Shown: positions 1-12,914 of the stretch, piece by piece | Position numbering within the stretch: position 1 is the first letter of the stretch | Layout: every line of letters begins with the position of its first letter | Assembly: GCA_046348125.1 (NCBI GenBank) | Contig: JAXMEV010000013.1 | Span: 23,127 to 87,126, forward strand | Direction: 5' to 3' | DNA: 64,000 nucleotides | Source: Rubrivivax sp. | Lineage (GTDB): Bacteria; Pseudomonadota; Gammaproteobacteria; Burkholderiales; Burkholderiaceae_C | Program-made: the position numbers and the translations under genes | The notes under the pieces: model-generated | What the model was told of the DNA's origin: nothing | The model's database searches: none | The model's input: the letters and a program-made list of their open reading frames with translations, nothing else

Positions 1-338
1 ACCTCGAGCTCGCTGCCGGCGCCCAGGCGCAGCGTGGTCGAGCCGGCCTGCAGTTCGGCGCGGCCGTCGCTGGCGGTGGACAGGCGGTCGCCTCCCAGCA
101 AGGGCCGGTTGCGCTCGGCCGCGACCCAGCGGCCGGCGTCGGCATCGAACCAGTAGACGCTGCCGTACAGCGCGCCGATGCGCCCCACCCGGCCCGGCGG
201 GTCGTCCTGCGCCGCAGCCGGTGGCGCCAGCGCGCCGAGCAGCACCAAGCACAGCAGCACCCCCAGCGCCGCCCCGACCATCTGGCCGGCGACCGCAGAC
301 CCCGAGCGCCACGCGAACCAGTCCGACCGCTGCTTCAT
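1..338 (-). CDS. FecR-like/DUF6600-type exported protein, N-terminal part (runs off window start)
   Basis: Manual translation from ATG at 338: signal-peptide-like hydrophobic stretch then QDDPPGRVGRI...NRPLLGGDRLSTASDGRAELQAGSTTLRLG. Confidence 0.65.
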   Translation of the reverse strand, partial: MKQRSDWFAWRSGSAVAGQMVGAALGVLLCLVLLGALAPPAAAQDDPPGRVGRIGALYGSVYWFDADAGRWVAAERNRPLLGGDRLSTASDGRAELQAGSTTLRLGAGSELE

Positions 339-452
339 GGGTCTTCAACGCCGCATCCTGGAGCGGCGTCGACGGCGCAGCGCGTAAAGGCGTGTTTCGG
401 ATCCGCTCGCGGCGGCATCATCGGCGCTCCAGAGTCCGACCGCAGACCAGCC

Positions 453-683
453 ATGTCCGAATTCGGAACCCTGCTCGTGCGCAAGGAGCCCTCCGAGCCG
501 CGCAGCGCGCGCATCACGCTGAACCGGCCCGAGCGCGAAGCGGCCGCGCTGGCGCTGGCGCGCCGCATCGCCGGCGTGCCGCGCTCGCAGCCGATGATGC
601 ACAAGCTGCTCGTCAACCAGAACCCGGACCCGCTGCGCCTTGTTTGGCCGCGATCAACGCGCGGACATGGCGCGCCGGCAACA
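453..683 (+). pseudogene. Internally deleted crotonase/enoyl-CoA hydratase remnant, in frame with phaC
   Basis: MSEFGTLLV...ARITLNRPER (crotonase N-terminus) joined directly to ALARRIAGVPRSQPMMHKLLVNQ (crotonase C-terminal helices); catalytic core absent. Confidence 0.5.
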
Positions 684-2519
684 ATGGCCGGCGTGAAGAA
701 GACGCCCGCGTCCAGATCCGAGTTGCGCGCCGAGCCTGCCGAGTCCCCGGCAACCGAATCCCCACCGCCCGAGTCCCCGACCCAGAAGCTCGACCGGCTC
801 GTGCACTCGAGCTTCGGGTCCGCCACGGGCGGCCTGTCGCCGGTGTCGCTGGCCCTGGCCTGGGCCGACTGGGCCTGGCACCTCTCGGTCTCGCCCGGCC
901 GGCAGATGGAGCTCGCCGGGCTCGCGGCCAGCCACGGCCGCGAATGGCTGCACGGCATGGCCGGCCGGGCCGAGGCCGAGCCCGCGGGCGATGCCGACGA
1001 CGACCCGCGTTTTCGCCACCCCGACTGGGCGCAGTGGCCCTTCAGCGCGCTGCGCTCGGGCTTCCGCCACGCCGAGGCCTACTGGCGCGAGGCCTCGGTG
1101 ACGCCGGGCATGACGGCGCACCATGCCGAGATGACGCGCTTCTTCGCCAAGCAATGGCTGGCGATGATGGCGCCGGCCAACTGGCTCGCCACCAACCCGG
1201 TGGTGCTGCGCGCGGCCGCCGAATCGGGCGGCGCGAACCTCGCGCAGGGCGCGCTGCACTGGCTGCGCGACGCCAGCGGCCAGAGCGACCCGCTGCCGCC
1301 CGGGCAGCCGCCGCAGTACCGCGTCGGGGTCGACGTCGCCGTCACGCCGGGCAAGGTGGTGCACCGCAACCGCCTGATCGAGCTGATCCGCTACGCGCCG
1401 CAGACGGCCGAGGTATACGCCGCGCCGCTGTTCGTCGTGCCCTCGTGGATCATGAAGTACTACATCCTCGACCTGTCGCCGCACAACTCGATGGTGCGCT
1501 ACCTGGTGAGCCAGGGCCACACGGTGTACATGCTGTCGTGGCGCAATCCCGACGCCGCCGACCACGACCTGTCGATGGACGACTATCTGCGCCTGGGCGT
1601 CTTCGACGCCCTGGCGGCGATCGGTCGCCTGCATGGCCAGCGCAGCCGGCGCGACGGCGCCATGCAGCCGGTGCACGCGATGGGCTACTGCCTGGGCGGC
1701 ACCCTGCTCGCCATCGCCGCCGCCGCCATCGCGCGCAACGGCCGGCGCCACGGCGAGATCCCGCCGCTGCCGCCGCTCGCGTCGATGACGCTGCTGGCGG
1801 CGCAGGCCGACTTCTCCGAGCCCGGCGAACTGGGCCTGTTCATCGACGAGAGCCAGATCGGCTACCTCGACCAGATCACGCGCGGCCAGGGCTACCTGAG
1901 CGGCAGGCAGATGGCCGGCTCGTTCCAGTTCCTGCATTCGCGCGATCTGGTGTGGACGCGCCGCATGCGCGAGTACCTGATGGGCGAGCGCGAGCAGACG
2001 AGCGACCTCATGGCCTGGAACGCCGACACCACGCGCATGCCGGCGCGCATGCACCACGAATACCTGAGCGCGCTGTACTTGCACAACGCGCTGGCCACGA
2101 GCAGCTACCGTGTCGGCGGCCGCCCGGTGTCGCTGGCCGACCTGCGGCTGCCGGTCTTCATGGTCGGCACCGAACGCGACCACGTCTCGCCCTGGCGCTC
2201 GGTGTACAAGCTGCACCACCTGTGCGACGCCGAGATCACCTTCGTGCTCACGGTGGGCGGGCACAACGCCGGCATCGTCTCCGAACCCGGGCACGCCCAG
2301 CGCAGTTACCGCATCGGCACGCGGCCGGCCGAGGGCGCCTGGATCGACGCCGACGAGTGGCTCGCCGCGGCCGCGCGCCACGACGGGAGCTGGTGGCCGG
2401 CCTGGCACGACTGGCTGGCGGCGCGCTCGGGCCCGCTGCAGCGCGCGCCGGTGCTGCCGCGGCAGGCCGTGCTCGGCGATGCGCCGGGCCAGTACGTGCT
2501 GCAGCGCTACCGGGAGTGA
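684..2519 (+). CDS. phaC: Polyhydroxyalkanoate synthase (class I-like)
   Basis: TPGKVV, SWIMKYYILDL, SWRNPD, lipase box GYCLGG, DHVSPW, GGHNAG, GSWW; start trimmed to ATG 684. Confidence 0.9.
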   Translation: MAGVKKTPASRSELRAEPAESPATESPPPESPTQKLDRLVHSSFGSATGGLSPVSLALAWADWAWHLSVSPGRQMELAGLAASHGREWLHGMAGRAEAEPAGDADDDPRFRHPDWAQWPFSALRSGFRHAEAYWREASVTPGMTAHHAEMTRFFAKQWLAMMAPANWLATNPVVLRAAAESGGANLAQGALHWLRDASGQSDPLPPGQPPQYRVGVDVAVTPGKVVHRNRLIELIRYAPQTAEVYAAPLFVVPSWIMKYYILDLSPHNSMVRYLVSQGHTVYMLSWRNPDAADHDLSMDDYLRLGVFDALAAIGRLHGQRSRRDGAMQPVHAMGYCLGGTLLAIAAAAIARNGRRHGEIPPLPPLASMTLLAAQADFSEPGELGLFIDESQIGYLDQITRGQGYLSGRQMAGSFQFLHSRDLVWTRRMREYLMGEREQTSDLMAWNADTTRMPARMHHEYLSALYLHNALATSSYRVGGRPVSLADLRLPVFMVGTERDHVSPWRSVYKLHHLCDAEITFVLTVGGHNAGIVSEPGHAQRSYRIGTRPAEGAWIDADEWLAAAARHDGSWWPAWHDWLAARSGPLQRAPVLPRQAVLGDAPGQYVLQRYRE

Positions 2520-2581
2520 GGGGGGTGAGCGGCCGGCGCGCAGATGGGGAATCGGCGCGCGGCCGGGTTGGCGACGCCCGC

Positions 2582-3385
2582 TCAGCCGGCGCGCCAGGCC
2601 AGCAGGCCGATCTCGACCTCGCAGCAATCCACGAGCCGTTCATCACGCGTGCATGTGCCGAGCAGCGCCTGCAGCCGCGCCAGGTCGGCCTGCACGCCGC
2701 GTACCTCCAGGTGGTCGACCGCATCGCGCAACGCCGCGTCGCGCGTGCGCTGACGCTGCCAGGTCTCGCGCCAGTAACACGGCCACACCCTGTGGCCGCA
2801 CGCACGCAGGCAGGAAGCCGCCAGCGGCACCCCGGCCGGCACGGCCCAGGGCACGCCATGCGCGGCGAAGGCAGCCTCGAGCCAGGGATCGTGCCGCTCG
2901 CGGCCCCAGCCGATGAACAGGCACCAGCCTCGACTGCACGCGCTCATGCGCTCGAAGTCGGCGCTCTCGCGCAGGCTGGGCACCATCTGCGCCGCGACGA
3001 GATCGAAGGCGCAGCGCCAGCCCAGCGCATCGATGTCGACTGCACGCCAATCCGCCTGCACCGCCGCCACCTGGACCGGAGCCAGCGTGCGCGCCAAGCG
3101 CTGCAGCATCGCGGCCGAGACGTCGAGTGCCGTCACCTCGGCGCCGGCCTCGAGCGCGTGCAGCGCCAGCGCGCCGGTGCCCGCACCGATGTCGAGCACG
3201 CGCTGGCCCGGGCGCGGACATGCCGCCTTCGGCCAATGCGCCAGCCGCTGCCGCATGCGCGCGCGCTCGGCCGCCGCCAGCGGATCAGGGTAGTCGGCCG
3301 CGCGCGCGTCCCAGAACGCGGACTGACGCTCGAGCGCGGGTTGTGGCTGGCGCGTCAGCGCGGCAGATGCGTTGGCTGCTGGCAT
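2582..3385 (-). CDS. Class I SAM-dependent methyltransferase
   Basis: FWDARAADY, VLDIGAGTG, VTALDVSAAML, FDLV; start trimmed to ATG 3385. Confidence 0.85.
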   Translation of the reverse strand: MPAANASAALTRQPQPALERQSAFWDARAADYPDPLAAAERARMRQRLAHWPKAACPRPGQRVLDIGAGTGALALHALEAGAEVTALDVSAAMLQRLARTLAPVQVAAVQADWRAVDIDALGWRCAFDLVAAQMVPSLRESADFERMSACSRGWCLFIGWGRERHDPWLEAAFAAHGVPWAVPAGVPLAASCLRACGHRVWPCYWRETWQRQRTRDAALRDAVDHLEVRGVQADLARLQALLGTCTRDERLVDCCEVEIGLLAWRAG

Positions 3386-3703
3386 GGCGGTCTGGACTGG
3401 TGTCGGCGCGGATGCGGTGGCGGCGGCCGGCAGCCGCAGAGGCGGGTATCCCGGCTTCGCTGCGGCCAGCGCCGTCGCGGCTGGCCGCCGCGCGCAAGGG
3501 TGCGCTGCGCGGCGCCGCGAGTGCCAGCCGATGCGGTCGGTCGGCCCGAATGCACCACTTCGATGATGGGGCGCAATCGGCAGCCGCACCCGCACCCGGG
3601 GTTCGCCGCGTCCCCAACTGCGGGCCTCGTATCATACGTTTCATTATTCTTTCTTACGCGCAGGTCCGACGTCGCACCAGCGCCGTCGTAAAGGAGCGCA
3701 CCG

Positions 3704-5284
3704 ATGCCGCCGTTCCGTACCCCCTTCGCCGCCCTCGTCGCCGCGCTCGCGCTCGCCGCTGTCGCGTTGCTGGCCACGCCGGCGGCGGCCGCCGAGTCGC
3801 GCGGCGGGACGGCCGTCGTCGCGGTGACGGGCGATCCGGGCCATCTCAACCCGGCGATCTCGACCGCCGGCCCGCTGCACGCGGTCGCCGACTCGATGTT
3901 CAACGGGCTCGTCGCGCTCGACCGCGACGGCCAGCCGCAACCCGATCTGGCGCGCTCGTGGCGCGTCGCGCCCGACGGCCGGAGCGTCACCTTCGAGCTC
4001 GTGCCCGGCGTACGCTGGCACGACGGCAAGCCCTTCAGCTCGGCCGACGTGAAGTTCAGCTTCGAGGAGCTGCTGCTGCGGCTGCATGCGCGCGCGCGCG
4101 CCGGGCTCGCGCCGGTGCTCGAGGCGATCGAGACGCCCGACGCGAACACGGTCGTGTTCCGGCTGCGGCGCGCCCATCCGGCGCTGCTGCGCCAGCTCGA
4201 CGTCATCGAAGCGCCGATCCTGCCGCGCCATCTCTACGCCGGCACCGATCCGAACCGCAATCCGGCCAACCTCGAGCCGGTGGGCACCGGACCGTTCCGC
4301 TTCGCGAGCTACCGGCGCGACGAACAGGTGGTCCTGGTGCGCAACCCCGATTACTTCAAGCCGGGCCTGCCGCGGCTGGACCGGCTCGTGTTCCGCATCC
4401 TGCCCAACGCCAACACGCAGGTCGCGGCGCTGCTGGCCGGCGAGGTGGACATGCTGCAGCGCATCTCGGCGCTCGATCTGCGGCGGCTCCAGGGGCAACC
4501 GGTGACGGTGGTCGACACACGCGCGGCCGCGGGCGGCGCCAACTGCGTGATGACGCTCGCGTTCAACCTCGAGCGGCCGCGCACCGGTGATCTGCGCGTG
4601 CGCCAGGCCTTCGCGCACGCGATCGACCGCGCCCAGTTGCTGCGGCTGGTGGCGTTCGACCAGGGCCGCGTCGCCGCTGCGCCGATCGCCAGCGGCATCG
4701 CCTGGGCGCATCTGCCGGGCGCGCTCGATTCCTGGGTGTACGACCCGGCGCGGGCCAACCGGCTGCTCGACGAGGCCGGCCTGGCGCGCGGCAGCGACGG
4801 CCTGCGCGCCACGTTCGACGTGCTGCATTTCCCCGCGTTCGCCCGCTACACCGAACTGATGCGCGAGCAGCTCGCCGCTGTGGGCATCGGGCTGCGGGTG
4901 CGGTTGCTCGATCCGGCTGCGTTCGTGCCGGCCGTATTCACGCAGCGCGATTTCGACCTTGCGCTCATCTCCTACTGCAACGGCACCGACCCCGAGATCG
5001 GCGTGCGCCGCATGGTGCACTCGGGCGCGATCGGGCCGGTGCCGTTTTCCAATGCCGCGGCGTTGCGCGACGCCGAGGTCGACCGCCTGTTCGACCAGGC
5101 CGGTGCCACCAACGACGTGGCCGCGCGCGGCCAGGCCTACCGTGCGGCGCAGCGGCGCCTGGCCACGCTGCTGCCGTACTGGTGGCTGGTGGAGACGGAC
5201 TTCAGCGCCGCTTGGCGCAACGAGCTGGCCGACTTCGCCCCCTGGAGCAGCCAGTTCGCCGAGACTGCCTGGCGTCGGCGCTGA
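3704..5284 (+). CDS. Peptide/nickel ABC transporter substrate-binding protein (family 5)
   Basis: Signal peptide, PDLARSW, GVRWHDGKPFSSADVKFS, VGTGPF, VRQAFAHAIDR; AAGGAG RBS. Confidence 0.9.
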   Translation: MPPFRTPFAALVAALALAAVALLATPAAAAESRGGTAVVAVTGDPGHLNPAISTAGPLHAVADSMFNGLVALDRDGQPQPDLARSWRVAPDGRSVTFELVPGVRWHDGKPFSSADVKFSFEELLLRLHARARAGLAPVLEAIETPDANTVVFRLRRAHPALLRQLDVIEAPILPRHLYAGTDPNRNPANLEPVGTGPFRFASYRRDEQVVLVRNPDYFKPGLPRLDRLVFRILPNANTQVAALLAGEVDMLQRISALDLRRLQGQPVTVVDTRAAAGGANCVMTLAFNLERPRTGDLRVRQAFAHAIDRAQLLRLVAFDQGRVAAAPIASGIAWAHLPGALDSWVYDPARANRLLDEAGLARGSDGLRATFDVLHFPAFARYTELMREQLAAVGIGLRVRLLDPAAFVPAVFTQRDFDLALISYCNGTDPEIGVRRMVHSGAIGPVPFSNAAALRDAEVDRLFDQAGATNDVAARGQAYRAAQRRLATLLPYWWLVETDFSAAWRNELADFAPWSSQFAETAWRRR

Positions 5285-5382
5285 GGGCCCTTCCTTTCGC
5301 GTGCGGACATGTTGCGTGCGGACATGAATCACGCCCGCTTGGTTCGTCTTCGTCACCGGCACTGAACCCGCCGCGTCGGTGC

Positions 5383-6357
5383 ATGCCGCACGCCCTGCTG
5401 CTGTGGACGCTGCGCCGCCTGCTGCTCGGGCTGGTGGCGGTGTGGTTCGCCGCCAGCCTCGGCTTCGTGCTGGTGCACGCGGCGCCCGGCGGCCCGGCGG
5501 TGGCGCTGGTCGGCGAGCACGCGGCACCCGGCCAGCTCGAGGACGTGACGCGCGCCTGGGGCCTTGATCGCCCGCGCAGCGTGCAGTACGCGCAATGGCT
5601 GGCGCGGCTGGCGCGCGGCGACCTCGGCATTTCGTACCGCGCGCAGGCGCCGGTGGCGACGCTGATCGCCGAGCGCGCACCGGTGACGCTGGCGCTGATG
5701 CTGCCCGCGCTCGTGCTGGCCAGTGCCGCCGGTATCGTGCTCGGCTTGGCCGCCTCGGCGCTGCGCCGCGGCTCGCGCTGGGTGGTCGGGGTGCTGGCCG
5801 GCCTGCACGCGGTGCCGAGCTACGCCATCGCGCAAGTGCTGGTGCTGGTCTTTGCGCTGGGCCTGGGTTGGTTTCCAGTGCAGGGCCTGAGCGACGCGCG
5901 CAGCGAGGCCACCGGCGCCGGACGCTGGCTGCAGATGGCCTGGCGGCTCGCGTTGCCGGTGCTCTCGCTCGCGCTGCTGCAGTCGGCCTTCGTCGCGCTG
6001 CTGGCGCGGGCGCGCGTGGGCGAGGAGATGCGCCAGCCCTATGTCGCCACCGCGCTGGCCAAGGGCCTGAGCCTGGCCCAGGTGCGGCGCCGCCACGCGC
6101 TGCGCAACGCCGCGCTGCCGCTGCTCACCCTGATCGGCTGGCGCTTCGGCGCGATCGTCGGCGGCGCGGCCGTCATCGAGACCCTGTTCGCGCTGCCCGG
6201 CCTCGGGCGGCTGGCGGTGAGCTCGGCGCTGGCCCGCGACATCCCCACGGTGAGCGGCATCGTCATCGTCGCCTGCGCCACCGTGGTGGCGACCAACCTG
6301 CTCGTCGACCTCATGGCCGGCTGGCTCGACCCGCGCGTCGTGCGCGACAGCGCATGA
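5383..6357 (+). CDS. Peptide/nickel ABC transporter permease (DppB-like)
   Basis: GLDRP..QY..WL..L.RGDLGIS, EAA-like YVATALAKGL, HALRNA, IETLFALPGLG, LDPR. Confidence 0.9.
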   Translation: MPHALLLWTLRRLLLGLVAVWFAASLGFVLVHAAPGGPAVALVGEHAAPGQLEDVTRAWGLDRPRSVQYAQWLARLARGDLGISYRAQAPVATLIAERAPVTLALMLPALVLASAAGIVLGLAASALRRGSRWVVGVLAGLHAVPSYAIAQVLVLVFALGLGWFPVQGLSDARSEATGAGRWLQMAWRLALPVLSLALLQSAFVALLARARVGEEMRQPYVATALAKGLSLAQVRRRHALRNAALPLLTLIGWRFGAIVGGAAVIETLFALPGLGRLAVSSALARDIPTVSGIVIVACATVVATNLLVDLMAGWLDPRVVRDSA

Positions 6358-7154
6358 GGTGCCCGGCCCCGAGGCGCGGCGCGCGGGCCTGGGCGGGCTG
6401 GACCCTGGCGCTCGCGGCGCTGCTTGCCGTGCTCACGCTGCCCGATGGGGGTGCGGCGGCCGGCAACGCCGCGCCCTTCATCGCCCCGGGTGCGGTGCAT
6501 CCGCTGGGCACCGACGACCTCGGGCGCGATCTGCTGCGCGAGCTGCTGCGCGGGCTGCGCACCTCGCTCGTCGTCGGGCTCGGCGTGACGGCGCTGGCGC
6601 TGGCGCTGGGCACGGCGGTCGGCCTGGCGGCCGGGCTGGGCCCCGCCTTCGCGGACGAGCTGCTGATGCGCGGCGCCGACATCGTCGCCAGCCTGCCGAC
6701 GCTGGTGGTCGCCATCCTGGTGGCGGCGGTGTTCGGCGGCTCGCTGGCGGCACTCGTGCTGGTGCTGGGGCTGGGCCGATGGCCGCTGGTGGCGCGGCTC
6801 GTGCGCGCCGAAACGGCCGCGCTGCGCGAGCGCGACTTCGTGCTCGCCGCGCGTGCGCTGGGTGCGTCGCGCTGGCGCATCGGCCGCGTGCACCTGCTGC
6901 CGCACGTTCTTACGCCGGCGCTGGCCGCCAGCGGCATCCTGTTCGGCGGCGCGCTCGTCTCGGAAGCGGCGCTGGCCTTCGTCGGCCTGGGCGACCCGGC
7001 CCATGTCAGCCTGGGCCAGCTCGCCGCCAACGGCTTCGCCTTCGTCGTCCACGCGCCCTGGATGTGGATCGCGCCGGTGGCGGCGATCGTCGCGCTGACC
7101 GCGCCGCTGGCCATGCTCGCGGACCGCACGCCGGCGGCCGACACGATGAGCTGA
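6354..7154 (+). CDS. Peptide/nickel ABC transporter permease (DppC-like)
   Basis: HPLGTDDLGRD, RERDFVLAARALGAS, EAALAFVGLG; ATGA overlap with upstream gene. Confidence 0.9.
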   Translation: MRCPAPRRGARAWAGWTLALAALLAVLTLPDGGAAAGNAAPFIAPGAVHPLGTDDLGRDLLRELLRGLRTSLVVGLGVTALALALGTAVGLAAGLGPAFADELLMRGADIVASLPTLVVAILVAAVFGGSLAALVLVLGLGRWPLVARLVRAETAALRERDFVLAARALGASRWRIGRVHLLPHVLTPALAASGILFGGALVSEAALAFVGLGDPAHVSLGQLAANGFAFVVHAPWMWIAPVAAIVALTAPLAMLADRTPAADTMS

Positions 7155-7172
7155 CCGCGCTGCCCCTTCAGT

Positions 7173-7200
7173 CGCGGCTCGAGCACAGTCCCGAGCCGCG
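7173..7200. terminator. GC-rich hairpin between convergent dppC and aroG
   Basis: CGCGGCTCG-N10-CGAGCCGCG 9-bp perfect stem; no clear U-tract. Confidence 0.4.
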
Positions 7201-7228
7201 CCTTCAGCCCAATCCTGAGTCGGCGCGT

Positions 7229-8337
<1,109 letters not shown>

Positions 8338-8341
<4 letters not shown>

Positions 8342-8880
8342 GTCGTCATTTTGCGCGCCGCATCGAGCTCCGGAAAGAGCACGCTCGTGTAGCCGAACTT
8401 CGTCAGATCGGTCATGCGCGTCGGATACAGGCGCCCGCTCAGGTGATCGCACTCGTGCTGCACGACGCGCGCGTGGAAGCCCTCGGCCTCGCGCGCGATC
8501 GGCGTGCCCTCGGCGTCGAAGCCGCGGTAACGGATGCGCGCCCAGCGCGGCACCAGACCGCGCAGGCCGGGCACCGAGAGGCAGCCCTCCCAGCCCTCGA
8601 CCTGTTCGTCGCCCAGCGGCTCGACGACGGGGTTGACGAGCACCGTGGGCGGAACCGGCGGCGCCTCGGGGTAGCGCGCGTTGCGCTCGAAGCCGAAGAT
8701 CACGACCTGAAGGTCGACGCCGATCTGCGGCGCGGCCAGCCCGGCGCCTTCGGCCGCGTGCATGGTGTCGAACAGATCGACCACGAGCGCGCGCAACTCG
8801 GCGCTGCCGAACGCCCGCACCGGCTGCGCCAGGCGCAGCAGCCGCGCGTCACCCATCTTCAGGATCTCGCGCACGCTCAT
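8338..8880 (-). CDS. def: Peptide deformylase
   Basis: [24 protein letters not shown]. Confidence 0.95.
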
Positions 8881-8906
8881 CGTCGTCGACCTCCCGTCGC
8901 CTCTGG

Positions 8907-8954
8907 TTGCCCTGCTGCCCTGCTGCCCTGCTGCGCTTCTGCCCCGCTGGCCTG
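8907..8954. repeat. Degenerate 8-bp tandem repeat (CTGCCCTG x ~6)
   Basis: ttgccctg ctgccctg ctgccctg ctgcgctt ctgccccg ctggcctg in the ligA-def gap. Confidence 0.6.
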
Positions 8955-8958
8955 GCGC

Positions 8959-11617
<2,659 letters not shown>

Positions 11618-11741
11618 GCCGGTGCCGGCGCGGGGCGGTGTTGCACGCTCGTTGCGTGGCACGCACCACGCGCCTCGCGCGCGCGTTGCCCGGCACCGCG
11701 ACCCGCCACGGCGCGGGGCTGCATTTCTGCCGCCCGCGCTC

Positions 11742-12782
11742 CTAGCTGAACAGCCGCCGCGCCGCGGCCGAGCCGGCGGCCAGGCCGATCTTGTCGAGCT
11801 CCTGGTACAGGCGCCCGAGCTCCTGGCCGATGGCGGCGTAGGCATGCAGCGTGACCGGCTGGCCCTGGTCGTCGACCGGTGTCGCGTCGAGGTCGTCGGC
11901 CAGCGTGGTGGCCGCGCGGTGGAAGGCGGGGAAGGCCTCGGCCGCCTGCGGCGTCTGCGGCACGTCGAGCGCGAGCGTGCATTCGCGCACCGCGGCCTCC
12001 TGCGGCTCGTCGGCCAGCGCGGCCTGCGCCGCCACCGAGAGCACCAGCACCGGCGGCTCGCCGTCCTCGGCCGCCGGCAGCACCCAGCGGCCCGGCACGG
12101 CACCGGGCACCAGGCCGATGCGCGCCGCCATCTGCTGCAGGTAGCCCAGCGACCAGGCAACAGAGTTGCTGCGCAGCGTGATCACGAGCTGCGCGTCGAG
12201 CGGGCTCGCGAGGTGGTCGAGCTCGCGCGCACGCGCCACCACCTCGAGCATGTCGGGCGGCTCGGCGCGGGCCCCGATCGCCTCGGCGTAGGCCTCGATC
12301 TTCTGCACGAACTCGGAGTACTCGATCTCGTTGAGCGGCCCGCTGCGGCTGGCCAGCTGCACGCCGGCCTGCAGCTCGCCGCAGCGCTGGCCCGGCGCGA
12401 GCGGCTCCCAGGCGCCGCTGGCGGCGTCCAGACCCTCGACCAGGAAGGACTTGCTGCCGGCGCGCCGCGTCGGCGGCAGGTGCGCGATCGCCGCCTCGGC
12501 ACTGATGGGCGACTCGAGCACGAGCGGCACGATGGCGTCGATCAAGGGATCCAGGCGCGGCGCGCGCGCCGGCGCGGCGCGCGGCGCGGCCAGCGCAGGC
12601 CTCAGCCCGGCATCGTCCGCCCCCGCCATCTGGCCGAGTGCCGGCTCGATGCGCTCGTGCGTACCCGCGCCGCCGGGCGCCGGCTTGCGCGCACCGGCAC
12701 GCCGCGTGCTCCACACCCCGTGCGCGAGCAGCGCCAGCAGCACGGCGGCGCCGAGCAGGGCCAGCGCCGTCGTCAGCGTCAT
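11742..12782 (-). CDS. zipA: Cell division protein ZipA (betaproteobacterial type)
   Basis: N-terminal TM, ERIEP, GVQLASRSGPLNEIEYSEF, LDVPQT, AARRLFS; lies between smc and ligA. Confidence 0.85.
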   Translation of the reverse strand: MTLTTALALLGAAVLLALLAHGVWSTRRAGARKPAPGGAGTHERIEPALGQMAGADDAGLRPALAAPRAAPARAPRLDPLIDAIVPLVLESPISAEAAIAHLPPTRRAGSKSFLVEGLDAASGAWEPLAPGQRCGELQAGVQLASRSGPLNEIEYSEFVQKIEAYAEAIGARAEPPDMLEVVARARELDHLASPLDAQLVITLRSNSVAWSLGYLQQMAARIGLVPGAVPGRWVLPAAEDGEPPVLVLSVAAQAALADEPQEAAVRECTLALDVPQTPQAAEAFPAFHRAATTLADDLDATPVDDQGQPVTLHAYAAIGQELGRLYQELDKIGLAAGSAAARRLFS

Positions 12783-12914
12783 GCGCGCCGCGCCCGCGCG
12801 CTCGGGATCGGAACGTCGGCACGCATCGCGTCGCGCCCGCTCATGCCGCCCCCTGGGCGCTGCGCGCCGTCCCCCCGAGGGGGAATGAGCGCCTTCGGAG
12901 CGGCCGTGCGGCGC

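Noticed and set aside
221-3691. Very long alternative-frame and antisense ORFs (e.g. 221-3691, 11622-15194, 28348-31170, 46556-49243)
   Set aside because: Arg/Ala/Pro/Gly-rich shadows of real genes, expected at this GC content; no family motifs.
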